The notes beneath the pieces were generated by a model. That model saw nothing but the letters and a program-made list of their open reading frames with translations. It was not told where the DNA came from and did not search any database. Shown one piece after another: positions 39,118 to 50,420 of a stretch of DNA of 64,000 nt. The DNA comes from Felis catus (Eukaryota), in contig NC_058368.1 in NCBI RefSeq assembly GCF_018350175.1, forward strand, positions 165,356,001 through 165,420,000, written 5' to 3'. Each line of letters begins with the position of its first letter. Position 1 is the stretch's first letter. Both the position numbers and the translations under genes were made by a program.

Positions 39118-42100
39118 TCAGGGTCCACATAAGAGTGAAACCATATGGTATCTGTCTTTCTCTGTATGGCTTATTTCACTTAGCATCACACTCTCCAGTT
39201 CCATCCACGTTGCTACAAAAGGCCATATTTCATTTTTTCTCATTGCCACGTAATATTCCATTGTGTATATAAACCACAATTTCTTTATCCATTCATCAGT
39301 TGATGGACATTTAGGCTCTTTCCATAATTTGGCTATTGTTGAGAGTGCTGCTATGAACATTGGGGTACAAGTGGCCCTATGCATCAGTACTCCTGTATCC
39401 CTTGGATAAATTCCTAGCAGTGCTATTGCTGGGTCATAGGGTAGGTCTATTTTTAATTTTCTGAGGAACCTCCACACTGCTTTCCAGAGCGGCTGCACCA
39501 ATTTGCATTCCCACCAACAGTGCAAGAGGGTTCCCGTTTCTCCACATCCTCTCCAGCATCTAGAGTCTCCTGATTTGTTCATTTTGGCCACTCTGACTGG
39601 CGTGAGGTGATACCTGAGTGTGGTTTTGATTTGTATTTCCCTGATAAGGAGCGACGCTGAACATCTTTTCATGTGCCTGTTGGCCATCCGGATGTCTTCT
39701 TTAGAGAAGTGTCTATTCATGTTTTCTGCCCATTTCTTCACTGGGTTATTTGTTTTTCGGGTGTGGAGTTTGGTGAGCTCTTTATAGATTTTGGATACTA
39801 GCCCTTTGTCCGATATGTCATTTGCGAATATCTTTTCCCATTCCGTTGGTTGCCTTTTAGTTTTGTTGGTTGTTTCCTTTGCTGTGCAGAAGCTTTTTAT
39901 CTTCATAAGGTCCCAGTAATTCACTTTTGCTTTTAATTCCCTTGCCTTTGGGGATGTGTCGAGTAAGAGATTGCTACGGCTGAGGTCAGAGAGGTCTTTT
40001 CCTGCTTTCTCCTCTAAGGTTTTGATGGTTTCCTGTCTCACGTTTAGGTCCTTTATCCATTTGGAGTTTATCTTTGTGAATGGTGTGAGAAAGTGGTCTA
40101 GTTTCAACCTTCTGCATGTTGCTGTCCAGTTCTCCCAGCACCATTTGTTAAAGAGGCTGTCTTTTTTCCATTGGATGTTCTTTCCTGCTTTGTCGAAGAT
40201 GAGTTGGCCATACGTTTGTGGGTCTAGTTCTGGGGTTTCTATTCTATTCCATTGGTCTATGTGTCTGTTTCTGTGCCAATACCATGCTGTCTTGATGATG
40301 ACAGCTTTGTAGTAGAGGCTAAAGTCTGGGATTGTGATGCCTCCTGCTTTGGTCTTCTTCTTCAAAATTCCTTTGGCTATTCGGGGCCTTTTGTGGTTCC
40401 ATATGAATTTTAGGATTGCTTGTTCTAGCTTCGAGAAGAATGCTGGTGCAATTTTTATTGGGATTGCATTGAATGTGTAGATAGCTTTGGGTAGTATTGA
40501 CATTTTGACAATATTTATTTTTCCAATCCATGAGCAGGGAATGTCTTTCCATTTCTTTAAATCTTCTTCAATTTCCTTCATAAGCTTTCTATAGTTTTCA
40601 GCATACAGATCCTTTACATCTTTGGTTAGATTTATTCCTAGGTATTTTATGCTTCTTGGTGCAATTGTGAATGGGATCAGTTTCTTTATTTGTCTTTCTG
40701 TTGCTTCATTGTTAGTGTATAAGAATGCAACTGATTTCTGTACATTGATTTTGTATCCTGCAACTTTGCTGAATTCATGTATCAGTTCTAGTAGACTTTT
40801 GGTGGAGTCTATCGGATTTTCCATGTATAATATCATGTCATCTGCAAAAAGCGAAAGCTTGACTTCGTCTTTGCCAATTTTGATGCCTTTGATTTCCTTT
40901 TGTTGTCTGATTGCTGATGCTAGAACTTCCAGCACTATGTTAAACAGCAGCGGTGAGAGTGGGCATCCTTGTCGTGTTCCTGATCTCAGGGAAAAAGCTC
41001 TCAGTTTTTCCCGGTTGAGGATGATGTTAGCTGTGGGCTTTTCATAAATGGCTTTTATGATCTTTAAGTATGTTCCTTCTATCCCGACTTTCTCAAGGGT
41101 TTTTATTAAGAAAGGGTGCTGGATTTTGTCAAAGGCCTTTTCTGCATCGATTGACAGGATCATATGGTTCTTCTCTTTTTTTTTTGTTGATGTGATGTAT
41201 CACATTGATTGATTTGCGAATGTTGAACCAGCCCTGCATCCCAGGAATGAATCCCACTTGATCATGGTGAATAATTCTTTTTATATGCTGTTGAATTCGA
41301 TTTGCTAGTATCTTATTGAGAATTTTTGCATCCATATTCATCAGGGATATTGGCCTGTAGTTCTCTTTTTTGACTGGGTCTCTGTCTGGTTTAGGAATCA
41401 AAGTAATACTGGCTTCATAGAATGAGTCTGGAAGTTTTCCTTCCCTTTCTATTTCTTGGAATAGCTTGAGAAGGATAGGTATTATCTCTGCTTTAAACGT
41501 CTGGTAGAACTCCCCTGGGAAGCCATCTGGTCCTGGACTCTTATTTGTTGGGAGATTTTTGATAACCGATTCAATTTCTTCGCTGGTTATGGGTCTGTTC
41601 AAGCTTTCTATTTCCTCCTGATTGAGTTTTGGAAGAGTGTGGGTGTTCAGGAATTTGTCCATTTCTTCCAGGTTGTCCAATTTGTTGGCATATAATTTTT
41701 CATAGTATTCCCTGATAATTGTTTGTATCTCTGAGGGATTGGTTGTAATAATTCCATTTTCATTCATGATTTTATCTATTTGGGTCATTTCCCTTTTCTT
41801 TTTGAGAAGCCTGGCTAGAGGTTTGTCAATTTTGTTTATTTTTTCAAAAAACCAACTCTTGGTTTCGTTGATCTGCTCTACAGTTTTTTTAGATTCTATA
41901 TTGTTTATTTCTGCTCTGATCTTTATTATTTCTCTTCTTCTGCTGGGTTTAGGCTGCCTTTGCTGTTCTGCTTCTAGTTCCTTTAGGTGTGCTGTTAGAT
42001 TTTGTATTTGGGATTTTTCTTGTTTCTTGAGATAGGCCTGGATTGCAATGTATTTTCCTCTCAGGACTGCCTTTGCTGCGTCCCAAAGCGTTTGGATTGT

Positions 42101-42943
42101 TGTATTTTCATTTTCGTTTGTTTCCATATATTTTTTAATTTCTTCTCTAATTGCCTGGTTGACCCACTCATTCGTTAGTAGGGTGTTCTTTAACCTCCAT
42201 GCCTTTGGAGGTTTTCCAGACTTTTTCCTGTGGTTGATTTCAAGCTTCATAGCATTGTGGTCTGAAAGTATGCATGGTATAATTTCAATTCTTGTAAACT
42301 TATGAAGGGCTGTTTTGTGACCCAGTATATGATCTATCTTGGAGAATGTTCCATGTGCACTCGAGAAGAAAGTATATTCTGTTGCTTTGGGATGCAGCGT
42401 TCTAAATATATCTGTCAAGTCCATCTGATCCAATGTCTCATTCAGGGCCCTTGTTTCTTTATTGACCGTGTGTCTAGATGATCTGTCCATTTCTGTGAGT
42501 GGGGTGTTAAAGTCCCCTGCAATTACCACATTCTTATCAATAAGGTTGCTTATGTTTATGAGTAATTGTTTTATATATTTGGGGGCTCCGGTATTCGGCG
42601 CATAGACATTTATAATTGTTAGCTCTTCCTGATGGATAGACCCTGTAACTATTATATAATGTCCTTCTTCATCTCTTGTTACGGCCTTTAATTTAAAGTC
42701 TAGTTTGTCTGATATAAGTATGGCTACTCCAGCTTTCTTTTGGCTTCCAGTCGCATGATAAATAGTTCTCCATCCCCTCACTCTCAATCTAAAGGTGTCC
42801 TCAGGTCTAAAATGAGTCTCTTGTAGACAGCAAATAGATGGGTCTTGTTTTTTTATCCATTCTGATACCCTATGTCTTTTGGTTGGTGCATTTAATCCAT
42901 TTACATTCAGTGTTATTATAGAAAGATACAGGTTGAGAATCAT
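39118..42943 (-). CDS. LINE-1 ORF2p (APE endonuclease, reverse transcriptase, Cys-rich C-terminus), split by one +1 frameshift at 41176-41185; 1274 aa if corrected
   Basis: ATG at 42943-42941 ([18 protein letters not shown]). EN motifs CCLQETH, GDFNTPL, SKIDH, SDH. RT motifs [17 protein letters not shown]-terminal [18 protein letters not shown]. The two ORF-track pieces (41129-42997, 39118-41163) join as [19 protein letters not shown] if the 10-T run is 9 T. Confidence 0.95.
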
Positions 42944-42993
42944 TGTGATGTCTGTATGTTTTATGCTTGTAGTGATGTCTCTGGGACTTTGTC

Positions 42994-43887
42994 TCACAGG
43001 GTCCCCCTTAGGATCTCTTGTAGGGCTGGTTTAGTGGTGACAAATTCCTTCAGTTTTTGTTTGTTTGGGAAAACCTTTATCTCTCCTTCTATTCTAAATG
43101 ACAGACTTGCTGGGTAAAGGATTCTCGGCTGCATATTTTTTCTGTCTAGCACCCTGAAAATCTCCTGCCAATTCTTTCTGGCCTGCCAAGTTTCAAAAGA
43201 GAGATCAGTCACGAGTCTTATAGGTCTCCCTTTATATGTGAGGGCACGTTTACCCCTTGCTGCTTTCAGAATTTTCTCTTTATCCTTGTATTTTGCCAGT
43301 TTCACTATGATATGTCGTGCAGAAGATCGATTCAAGTTACGTCTGAAGGGAGTTCTCTGTGCCTCTTGGATTTCAATGCCTTTTTCCTTCCCCAGTTCAG
43401 GGAAGTTCTCAGCTATGATTTCTTCAAGTACCCCTTCAGCACCTTTCCCTCTCTCTTCCTCCTCTGGGATACCAATTATGCGTATATTATTTCTTTTTAG
43501 TGTATCACTTAGTTCTCTAATTTTCCCCTCATACTCCTGGATTTTTTTATCTCTCTTTTTCTCAGCTTCCTCTTTTTCCATAACTTTATCCTCTAGTTCA
43601 CCTATTCTCTCCTCTGCCTCTTCAAGCCGAGCTGTGGTGGTTTCCATTTTGTTATGCATTTCGTTTAAAGCGTTTTTCAGCTCCTCGTGACTGTTCCTTA
43701 GTCCCTTGATCTCTGTAGCAAGAGATTCTCTGCTGTCCTGTATACTGTTTTCAAGCCCAGCGATTAATTTTATGACTATTATTCTAAATTCACTTTCTGT
43801 GATATTATTTAAATCCTTTTTGATCAGCTCATTAGCTGTTGTTATTTCCTGGAGATTCTTCTGAGGGGAATTCTTCCGCTTGGTCAT
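42994..43887 (-). CDS. LINE-1 ORF1p (coiled-coil, RRM, CTD RNA-binding chaperone), 297 aa, intact
   Basis: ATG-to-TGA open frame. Heptad-rich coiled coil ([33 protein letters not shown]), RRM start [17 protein letters not shown], and [14 protein letters not shown]...KPALQEIL are typical of L1 ORF1p. Confidence 0.97.
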   Translation of the reverse strand: MTKRKNSPQKNLQEITTANELIKKDLNNITESEFRIIVIKLIAGLENSIQDSRESLATEIKGLRNSHEELKNALNEMHNKMETTTARLEEAEERIGELEDKVMEKEEAEKKRDKKIQEYEGKIRELSDTLKRNNIRIIGIPEEEERGKGAEGVLEEIIAENFPELGKEKGIEIQEAQRTPFRRNLNRSSARHIIVKLAKYKDKEKILKAARGKRALTYKGRPIRLVTDLSFETWQARKNWQEIFRVLDRKNMQPRILYPASLSFRIEGEIKVFPNKQKLKEFVTTKPALQEILRGTL

Positions 43888-44817
43888 TTTGGATAGTCCC
43901 TGGCGTGGTGAGGACCTGCAGGGCCCTTCCCCTGTGTTGTGGTGTATAACTGGAGTTGGTGGGCGGGGCCGCAGTCAGACCTGATGTCTGCCCCCAGCCC
44001 ACCGCTGGGGCCACAGTCAGACTGGTGTGTGCCTTCTCTTCCCCTCTCCTAGGGGCAGGATTCACTGTGGGGTGGTGTGGCCCGTCTGGGCTACTTGCAC
44101 ACTGCCGGGCTTGTGATGCTGGGGATCTGGTGTATTAGCTGGGGTGGGTAGGCAAGGTGCACGGGGGCAGGAGGGGCAGGCTTAGATCGCTTCTCCTTAG
44201 GTGATCCTCTTCAGGAGGGGCCCTGTGGCAGCGGGAGCGAGTCAGATCCGCTGCCGGAGGTTTGGCTCCACAGAAGCACAGAGTTGGGTGTTTGCGCGGA
44301 GCGAGCAAGTTCCCTGGCAGGAACTGGTTCTCTTTGGGATTTTGGCTGGGGGATGGGCGGGGGAGATGGCGCTGGCGAGCGCCTTTGTTCCCCACCAAGC
44401 TGAGCTCTGTCGTCAGGGGGCTCAGCAGCTCTCCCTCCCTTTGTCCTCCAGCCTTCCCGCTTTCCGAGCAGAGCTGTTAACTTATGACCTCCCAGACGCT
44501 AAGTCGCGCTTGTTGTGGGAACACAGTCCTTCAGGCCCCTCCGCTTTTGCAAGCCAGACTCGGGGGCTCTGCTTGGCCGGCGAGCCGCCCCTCCGCCCCG
44601 GCTCCCTCCCGCCAGTCCGTGGAGCGCGCACCGCCTCGCCGCCCTTCCTACCCTCTTCCGTGGGCCTCTCGTCTGCGTTTGGCTCCAGCGACTCCGTTCT
44701 GCTAATCCTCTGACGATTTTCTGGGTTATTTAGGCAGGTGTAGGTGGAATGTAAGTGATCAGCAGGACGCGCGGTGAGCCCAGCGTCCTCCTAAGCCGCC
44801 ATCTTGCCGCTTCTCCC
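43888..44817 (-). promoter_or_regulatory. L1 5'UTR internal Pol II promoter / CpG island with YY1-type motif
   Basis: Only CpG-dense GC-rich block of this size in the window. CAAGATGGCGGC (44806-44795) lies at +12 to +23 from the element start, matching the YY1 site position known in mammalian L1 promoters. Confidence 0.85.
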
Positions 44818-44988
44818 TCAACCATAAAATCGAATGAAATATTGCCATTTCCAATGACAGGGATAGGGCTATTGAGTATAATGCTAAGTGAAATAAGTCA
44901 GTCAAATACTATATGATTTCACTCATACGTGGAATTTAACAAAATAAATGACAAAAGGGAAAAATAGACAAATCAGGAAACAGGCTCT

Positions 44989-45193
44989 TTTTTTTTATGT
45001 TTATTTATTTTTGAGACAGAGAGACAGCCTGAGTGGGGGAGGGGCAGAAAGAAGGGGAGAAAGATAATCCCAAACAGGTTCTGTGCTGCCAGCAGAGTCC
45101 AACGTGGAGCTTGAACCCATGAAACTGTGAGGTCATGACCCATGCCAAAACCAAGAGTCACATGCCTAACCGACTGAGCAACCCACGTGTCCC
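44989..45193 (-). mobile_element. SINEC inside the carnivore L1 3'UTR
   Basis: Antisense SINEC; TSD aaacaggctctt / aaacagactctt. Confidence 0.9.
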
Positions 45194-46530
45194 AAAACAG
45201 ACTCTTAACTATAGAGAAGAGGGTTACCAGAGAGAAGGTGGGTAGGCAGATAGGTGAAATAGATGATGAGAATTAAAGAGTATACTCATAACGATGAGAA
45301 ATGAGTAATATATAGAATTGCTGAATCACTATATTGTGCACCTGAAAGTAATATAACAATGTATATTAAGTATACTGGAATTAAAACTTTAAAAAAAGAA
45401 CAAAATAATCAAAAGTACTATAAAAAATAATATAATTGATAGTTTAGTATACTCCACTAACAATGATTGAGGACATTTTCCTTCTATGTTCACACAAAAC
45501 ATTTTCCAAGGTAGAACATATTATCTACATGAAAATGCTCAATAATTTCAAATGACTTAAAATATTCAAAGATTTTCTTTGACTTGAGTGGAATTAGAGT
45601 AGAAACAACAGACAGCTATATAGAAGTCACCAAACATTTCAAAACTATGTAACACACTTTTTAATAAGCTATAGGTTAAAACAGGTACCAAAGGATATTA
45701 CAATGTTTTTTGAACTAAATGAAAATGTAAACAACATACCAACAATTTTGGGAATGCAATTAAAGCAATACTTAAGAGAAAATGTATTGCATTAAGAATC
45801 TATGCTAGTAAAGAAGAAAGATTTCAAATTAACAACCTTTATTTCCATCTTACAAACTACAAAAGAGAAAATTAAGCCCAAATTAGTGGAAGGAAATAAA
45901 ATTCAGAGCTGAACTCGTTGAAATAGAAAAGGAAAACAGAAAATCAACAAAGTCAACATCTGGTTAAGCGAATCAGTAAAATTGCCTATACTTCTAGACA
46001 CACTGATGAGGAGAAATGGGTAAGAGAAAACCTGTTAATTACAGGAACGGAAAGGATGATATCATCAAGTACCTAGAGGGTAATATCAAGAAGAGTGTTA
46101 TGCCACAAAATTTGACATTTTATATTTAAAAAAGGATTGATTTCCTGAAAGGCACAAGTTACCAAAGATTAGGTAAGGAGAAATAGCTAAACTTAATAGC
46201 TTTTTATTTTAAAAAAATGCATTTTTTAATTATAAACTTTCCTACGAAGAGAATTTTAAGCTTAGATTACTTCACTTGTGAATTATAAAAAACATGTAAA
46301 AAGAACTATTACATCTTAAAATTCATCCAGAAACCGAAAAAGAGAAAAATGTTAGTATCCAACAAACATGAAACAAAAATTAAAAAGATAGAAAATGGGG
46401 TTTACCCCAGTAATAAAGGTGAGATTAATATAAAAAAAATCAGTTAAATCTGTCATACGAACACATGAAAAAATAAAAACCATATGATGATCTCAATAGA
46501 GTCAGTGAAAAAATCTTACATCTATTTCTT

Positions 46531-46748
46531 TTTTTAATAAATTAATTTATTTAGAGAGAGAGAGAGAGAGAGAGAGGGCACAAGCTGGGGAGGGGCAGAG
46601 GGAGAGTGGGAGAGAGAGAAAACCCCAAGCAGGCTCCACACTGCCAGCAAACAGCCTGATGTGGGGCTCGATCCCACAAACCGTGAGATCATGACCTGAG
46701 CAGAAACCAAGAGCCTTATGTTTAACCAAGTGAGCCACCCGGACCCCG
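46531..46748 (-). mobile_element. SINEC
   Basis: Antisense SINEC; 15-bp TSD cttacatctatttct on both sides. Confidence 0.95.
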
Positions 46749-47556
46749 CTTACATCTATTTCTAAACAAATGAACAAACAAAACTCTCAGTAAAGGTAGT
46801 AATATTAGGGATGATTTTCAACCTAAAAAAGTACATCTATAAAAAAGCTATACCTAACATCTTATTTAATGAGAAAAATGGAATAGTTTAGCCCTAAGTT
46901 GAGGAACACCACCACCGAATACAAATGGATGTTCCCTCTTACCATTTCTATTAAACACCATACAGGAAATTCTAGCAAGTTCATAAGATCAAAAAGAAAA
47001 AAAAATTAAAGACAGCAGATTGCAAGGAAAAAAGTAGAACTGCATTTATTTACAGATAACATCATCTTTGTAGAAAATCTGTGAAATCTACAAAAAAGCT
47101 GCCAATAATTGAGTTTTGCAACATTGCAAGATAACATAAATATACAAGTATCAATTATTTTTCCATGTACTAGCAATGAACAATTACAAAATTTAACTAA
47201 ATACACAATTTGTAACATTAAAAAATGTGAAACAATTAGGGGTCATTTTGAGAGAAAATGTATAAACGTATAAAACTTATATACTAAACCCAAACAACTG
47301 TGCTCAGATAAATTAGAAGTGATGTAAATAAATGGATTCAAATACTTTAAAGGGTTGGAAGCCTCAATAAGTTGATAATTTTCCTCAAATTTGTGTATAA
47401 AATTAATGCAAATAGAATAAAAATAGCCTAATGTTTCTACAGAAATTGTCATGTCTAAAATTAATATGTAAATGCAAAGATAATACAATACCCACAACAA
47501 CTTTGAAAAAGAACAAATTTAAGTGCTAACATTACCTGAATAAAAAAAGAATTATA

Positions 47557-47776
47557 GGGGCGCCTGGGTGGCTCAGTCGGTTGAGCGTCCGACTTCAGCT
47601 CAGGTCACGATCTCATGGTTCGTGAGTTTGAATCCTGCGTCAGGCTCTGGGCTGATGGCTCAGAGCCTGGAGCCTGCTTCCCCTTCTGTGTCTCCCTCTC
47701 TCTCTGCCCCTCCCCCATACATGCTCTGTCTCTCTCTGTCTCAAAAATAAATAGACATTTAAAAAAATTTTTAAAA
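47557..47776 (+). mobile_element. SINEC_Fc-type SINE
   Basis: ggggcgcctgggtggctcagtcggttgagcgtccgacttc head, CT tract, A-tail; flank repeat aattata. Confidence 0.96.
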
Positions 47777-49449
47777 ATTATATAATACATTATTCAAGAT
47801 AGTGTGTTATGGCTATCAATTAGGTAAAAAGAGATCTAGAATATAGTACAGAAATAGAAATACACATATGTGAGCAATTGATTTTTGATAGATACAAAGG
47901 TAATTTAATGGAAAAAGGATAGTCTTTTCAATAAATAGTAATAAAACAATTGGATATCCATATAGAAAAAAAATGAATTTTGATCTGTACCTCACAATAA
48001 TATATATATGTCTCAAAATGTGCCATAGACCTAACCCTAAACTATAAAATTCTGAGAAGATAGGATATATATTTTGACCCTGAGTTAGGGAAAATATGAT
48101 CCCCAAAGCACAATTCATTTTAAAAAATTGGGATGTCATAAAAATTAGAAACTTTTACTCTCAAACACACTATTGGAGAATAAAAAGACAAGTTATATAG
48201 TGGGGGAAAATATATACAATGCATATATCTCATAAAGGAGTTGTATCTAGAATACATAAGTAACTAAAAATTGAATAATTAAACAAGCAACACAATTAAA
48301 GTTGGCAAAAGTTTTGAGCTAATACTTACTTCACCCAAACCGATACATGGATGGCATGCAAACACAGAAAATCATGCTCAACTTCATTAGATATACGGGA
48401 TATGGAAATTAAAACCAAATGAAAGACTACTGCACAATGATTAACATGGCTAAAATTTAAAACCTGACCATATTATTGCCACTGGGAACGTAAAATGGCA
48501 CAATATTAAAAAGATGAGCAGTTTCTCTAAAACGTTAAACACACGCCTACCATATGATCAGACATTCTACTTTTAGGTATTTGCCAGAAGAAAAGAAAGA
48601 ATACATCCTTACAAAGATAAGTACACAAATCTTTATAACAGCTTTATTAATAATAGCCTCAAACTAGAAACAACCCTAGGTGAAAGTATGGGTACCAAAT
48701 TGTGGTATATCCACACAGTGGAAGACTAGGCAATAACAATATACACAGCAACATGGATCAATATTCAAGTCATTCTGCTACATTAAATAAATCAGACCAA
48801 GAAAAAAAAATAAAAGAATATACACTGTAATTTTCCACTTATATAAAACACTACAAAATCAGCAGGATTTGGGGAACTGAAGGCTGCGGGTGGGCAGGGG
48901 GTGGGGGAGCATTCATCCTAAGTGGCAAACTAGGCCCCTGGTCCACAGGAAAAATTATGCATGGGTACACCAGAGTTGGTATCTAAGGCAAAGTGGTCAA
49001 GATGTTGGCAAGATGTCTGTGCAGGAGAGGAGATCTGTTCTGGGACCACCCTCTCATGCACTGCTCTGGTGGAAAAGAGGGCAGGGGTGCTGTGGAAATG
49101 AGGGTGGGGGTGGAGGGTCAGGCAGGGCAGATGCGTGGGAATGTGCCGGGTTGGGGTATAAGTAGCAGGGAGGGAGGGATTACCAAGGGCATGAGTAAAC
49201 TTTTGGGGATTATAGATATGTTAATTATCTTGATTGTGGTGATGGTTTCACAGATCTACGATAAAACTTATCAAATAATATACTTGTAAACACTTGCAAT
49301 TTATTGTATGTAAAGTATACCTCCATGGAGCTGTCCAAAATAACAATATATTGAAAACTTGCTGTTTCCACTGGAAGCAAAGAGCTGGATAATCCCAGAT
49401 AAAACCAGTCACGTGAGTCTACGTTTCATTATCTGTGAATTTGATTTGA

Positions 49450-49678
49450 TTTTCTAAAATTTTTTTTTAACGTTTTATTTTTTATTTTTTTGGGATAGAG
49501 AGAGACAGAGCATGAACAGGGGAGGGGCAGAGAGAGAGAGGGAGACACAGAATCGGAAACAGGCTCCAGGCTCTGAGCCATCAGCCCAGAGCCTGACGCG
49601 GGGCTCGAACTCCCAGACCGCGAGATCATGACCTGGCTGAAGTCGGACGCTTAACCGACTGCGCCACCCAGGCGCCCC
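49450..49678 (-). mobile_element. Young SINEC_Fc-type SINE
   Basis: CpG-intact antisense copy ending gcgccacccaggcgcccc. Confidence 0.96.
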
Positions 49679-49811
49679 ATCAGTTTCCTTTTAAAAAATA
49701 ACATTATCAGGTGAAAAGCAACAATAGCTTTTTAATCAACTGAAAAATGGTGCTATTAATATTTTTTAATGATATGCCTGAATTTAAAAAAATATCAGCA
49801 CATGGAAGCCA

Positions 49812-50030
49812 ATAGTGTGTAGTGATGAAATAATTTTAAAGTCAACAGATGTGGATTAAAATACTGAGATCTACGGGTGAATCTAAGCAAGTTAAATTAG
49901 CCTCTTTGAGATTTGATTCCCTTGTCTACAAAATAACTTATAAATATCATAAATATGAGGAGTAAGTAAATTTATCTATAAACCATTTAATATATAGCCT
50001 TTTAATTAGCATTTAATAAAGGTTATTTTA
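49812..50030 (+). mobile_element. MIR
   Basis: gcaagttaaattagcctctttgagatttgattcccttgtctacaaaat core. Confidence 0.55.
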
Positions 50031-50359
50031 ATTATTATCATTGCTATAATTATCATCATTCCTGATGGTATTTATTTTAAAGATTAGTAGACTCTCCAAA
50101 ATCCCATTTGTAAATAGAGCTGTAAAAAAGAAATATGATTGTACAACCATTTTTTATACAAAGATAAAACATGAACCAAGTTTATGAAATAATTATCAAT
50201 AATATGTTAAAAAACTTCTATCATTATCCCTTTAGAAACTCACAAATACAGTTCATTGTGAGTTAACAGGCTTTCAAATTACACAGTTTTATCAATTATA
50301 TATACCCTCTTCATTTAATGCCATTATTCATCTAAATATTTATTATATATTAAACTTGA

Positions 50360-50420
50360 GGCTCGCTCTCTCTCTCTCTCTCTCTCTCAAAAATAAATAA
50401 ACATTAAAGAAAAAAAAGAA
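50360..50420 (+). mobile_element. SINEC tail-only remnant (severely 5'-truncated)
   Basis: ctcgctctc(TC)n caaaaataaataaacattaaag A-tail, the standard SINEC 3' end, with no head. Confidence 0.75.

Larger units (their letters stand above)
38862..44817 (-). mobile_element. Young full-length LINE-1 (felid L1), ~5.96 kb
   Basis: Identical 15-bp TSD tcaaccataaaatcg at 38847-38861 and 44818-44832. Poly(A) tail (T-run from 38862) with AATAAA (tttatt 38904-38909). Order on minus strand is 5'UTR, ORF1, 50-bp spacer, ORF2, 3'UTR. 5' end begins GGGAGAAGCGGCAAGATGGCGGC. Confidence 0.98.
34890..45395 (+). mobile_element. Older carnivore L1 (L1_Carn-like), degraded, internally deleted, interrupted by the young L1 and two SINEs
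   Basis: 5'UTR-like 34890-35930, then decayed ORF2 ([47 protein letters not shown]) to 38861. Resumes at 44833 (aatgaaatattgccattt) and runs to an A-tail ~45391. Candidate TSD aagaacaaaa at 34880-34889 and 45396-45405. Confidence 0.85.
30915..49340 (+). mobile_element. Ancient eutherian L1M (L1MD/L1MC-like), near full length, outer host of the nest
   Basis: 5'-end-like tctagccaagat at ~30925; ORF1-like 33300-33960. Decayed EN region 34400-34880 continues after the inner L1 at ~45410 (cacacaaaacattttccaaggtagaacatatt). RT/3' part runs to 48850, then an L1MD-type 3' end (ttttggggattatagatatgttaattatcttgattgtggtgatggtttcac) to ~49340. Confidence 0.7.

Noticed and set aside
42944..42997. ORF-track start MRQSPRD... 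for ORF2
   Set aside because: It is a GTG overlapping the ORF1 stop. The conventional start is the ATG at 42943, just before the conserved TLNVNGLN motif.
39956..43690. Plus-strand ORFs of 60-150 aa inside the young L1
   Set aside because: Antisense shadows of ORF1/ORF2 codon bias; no independent protein features.
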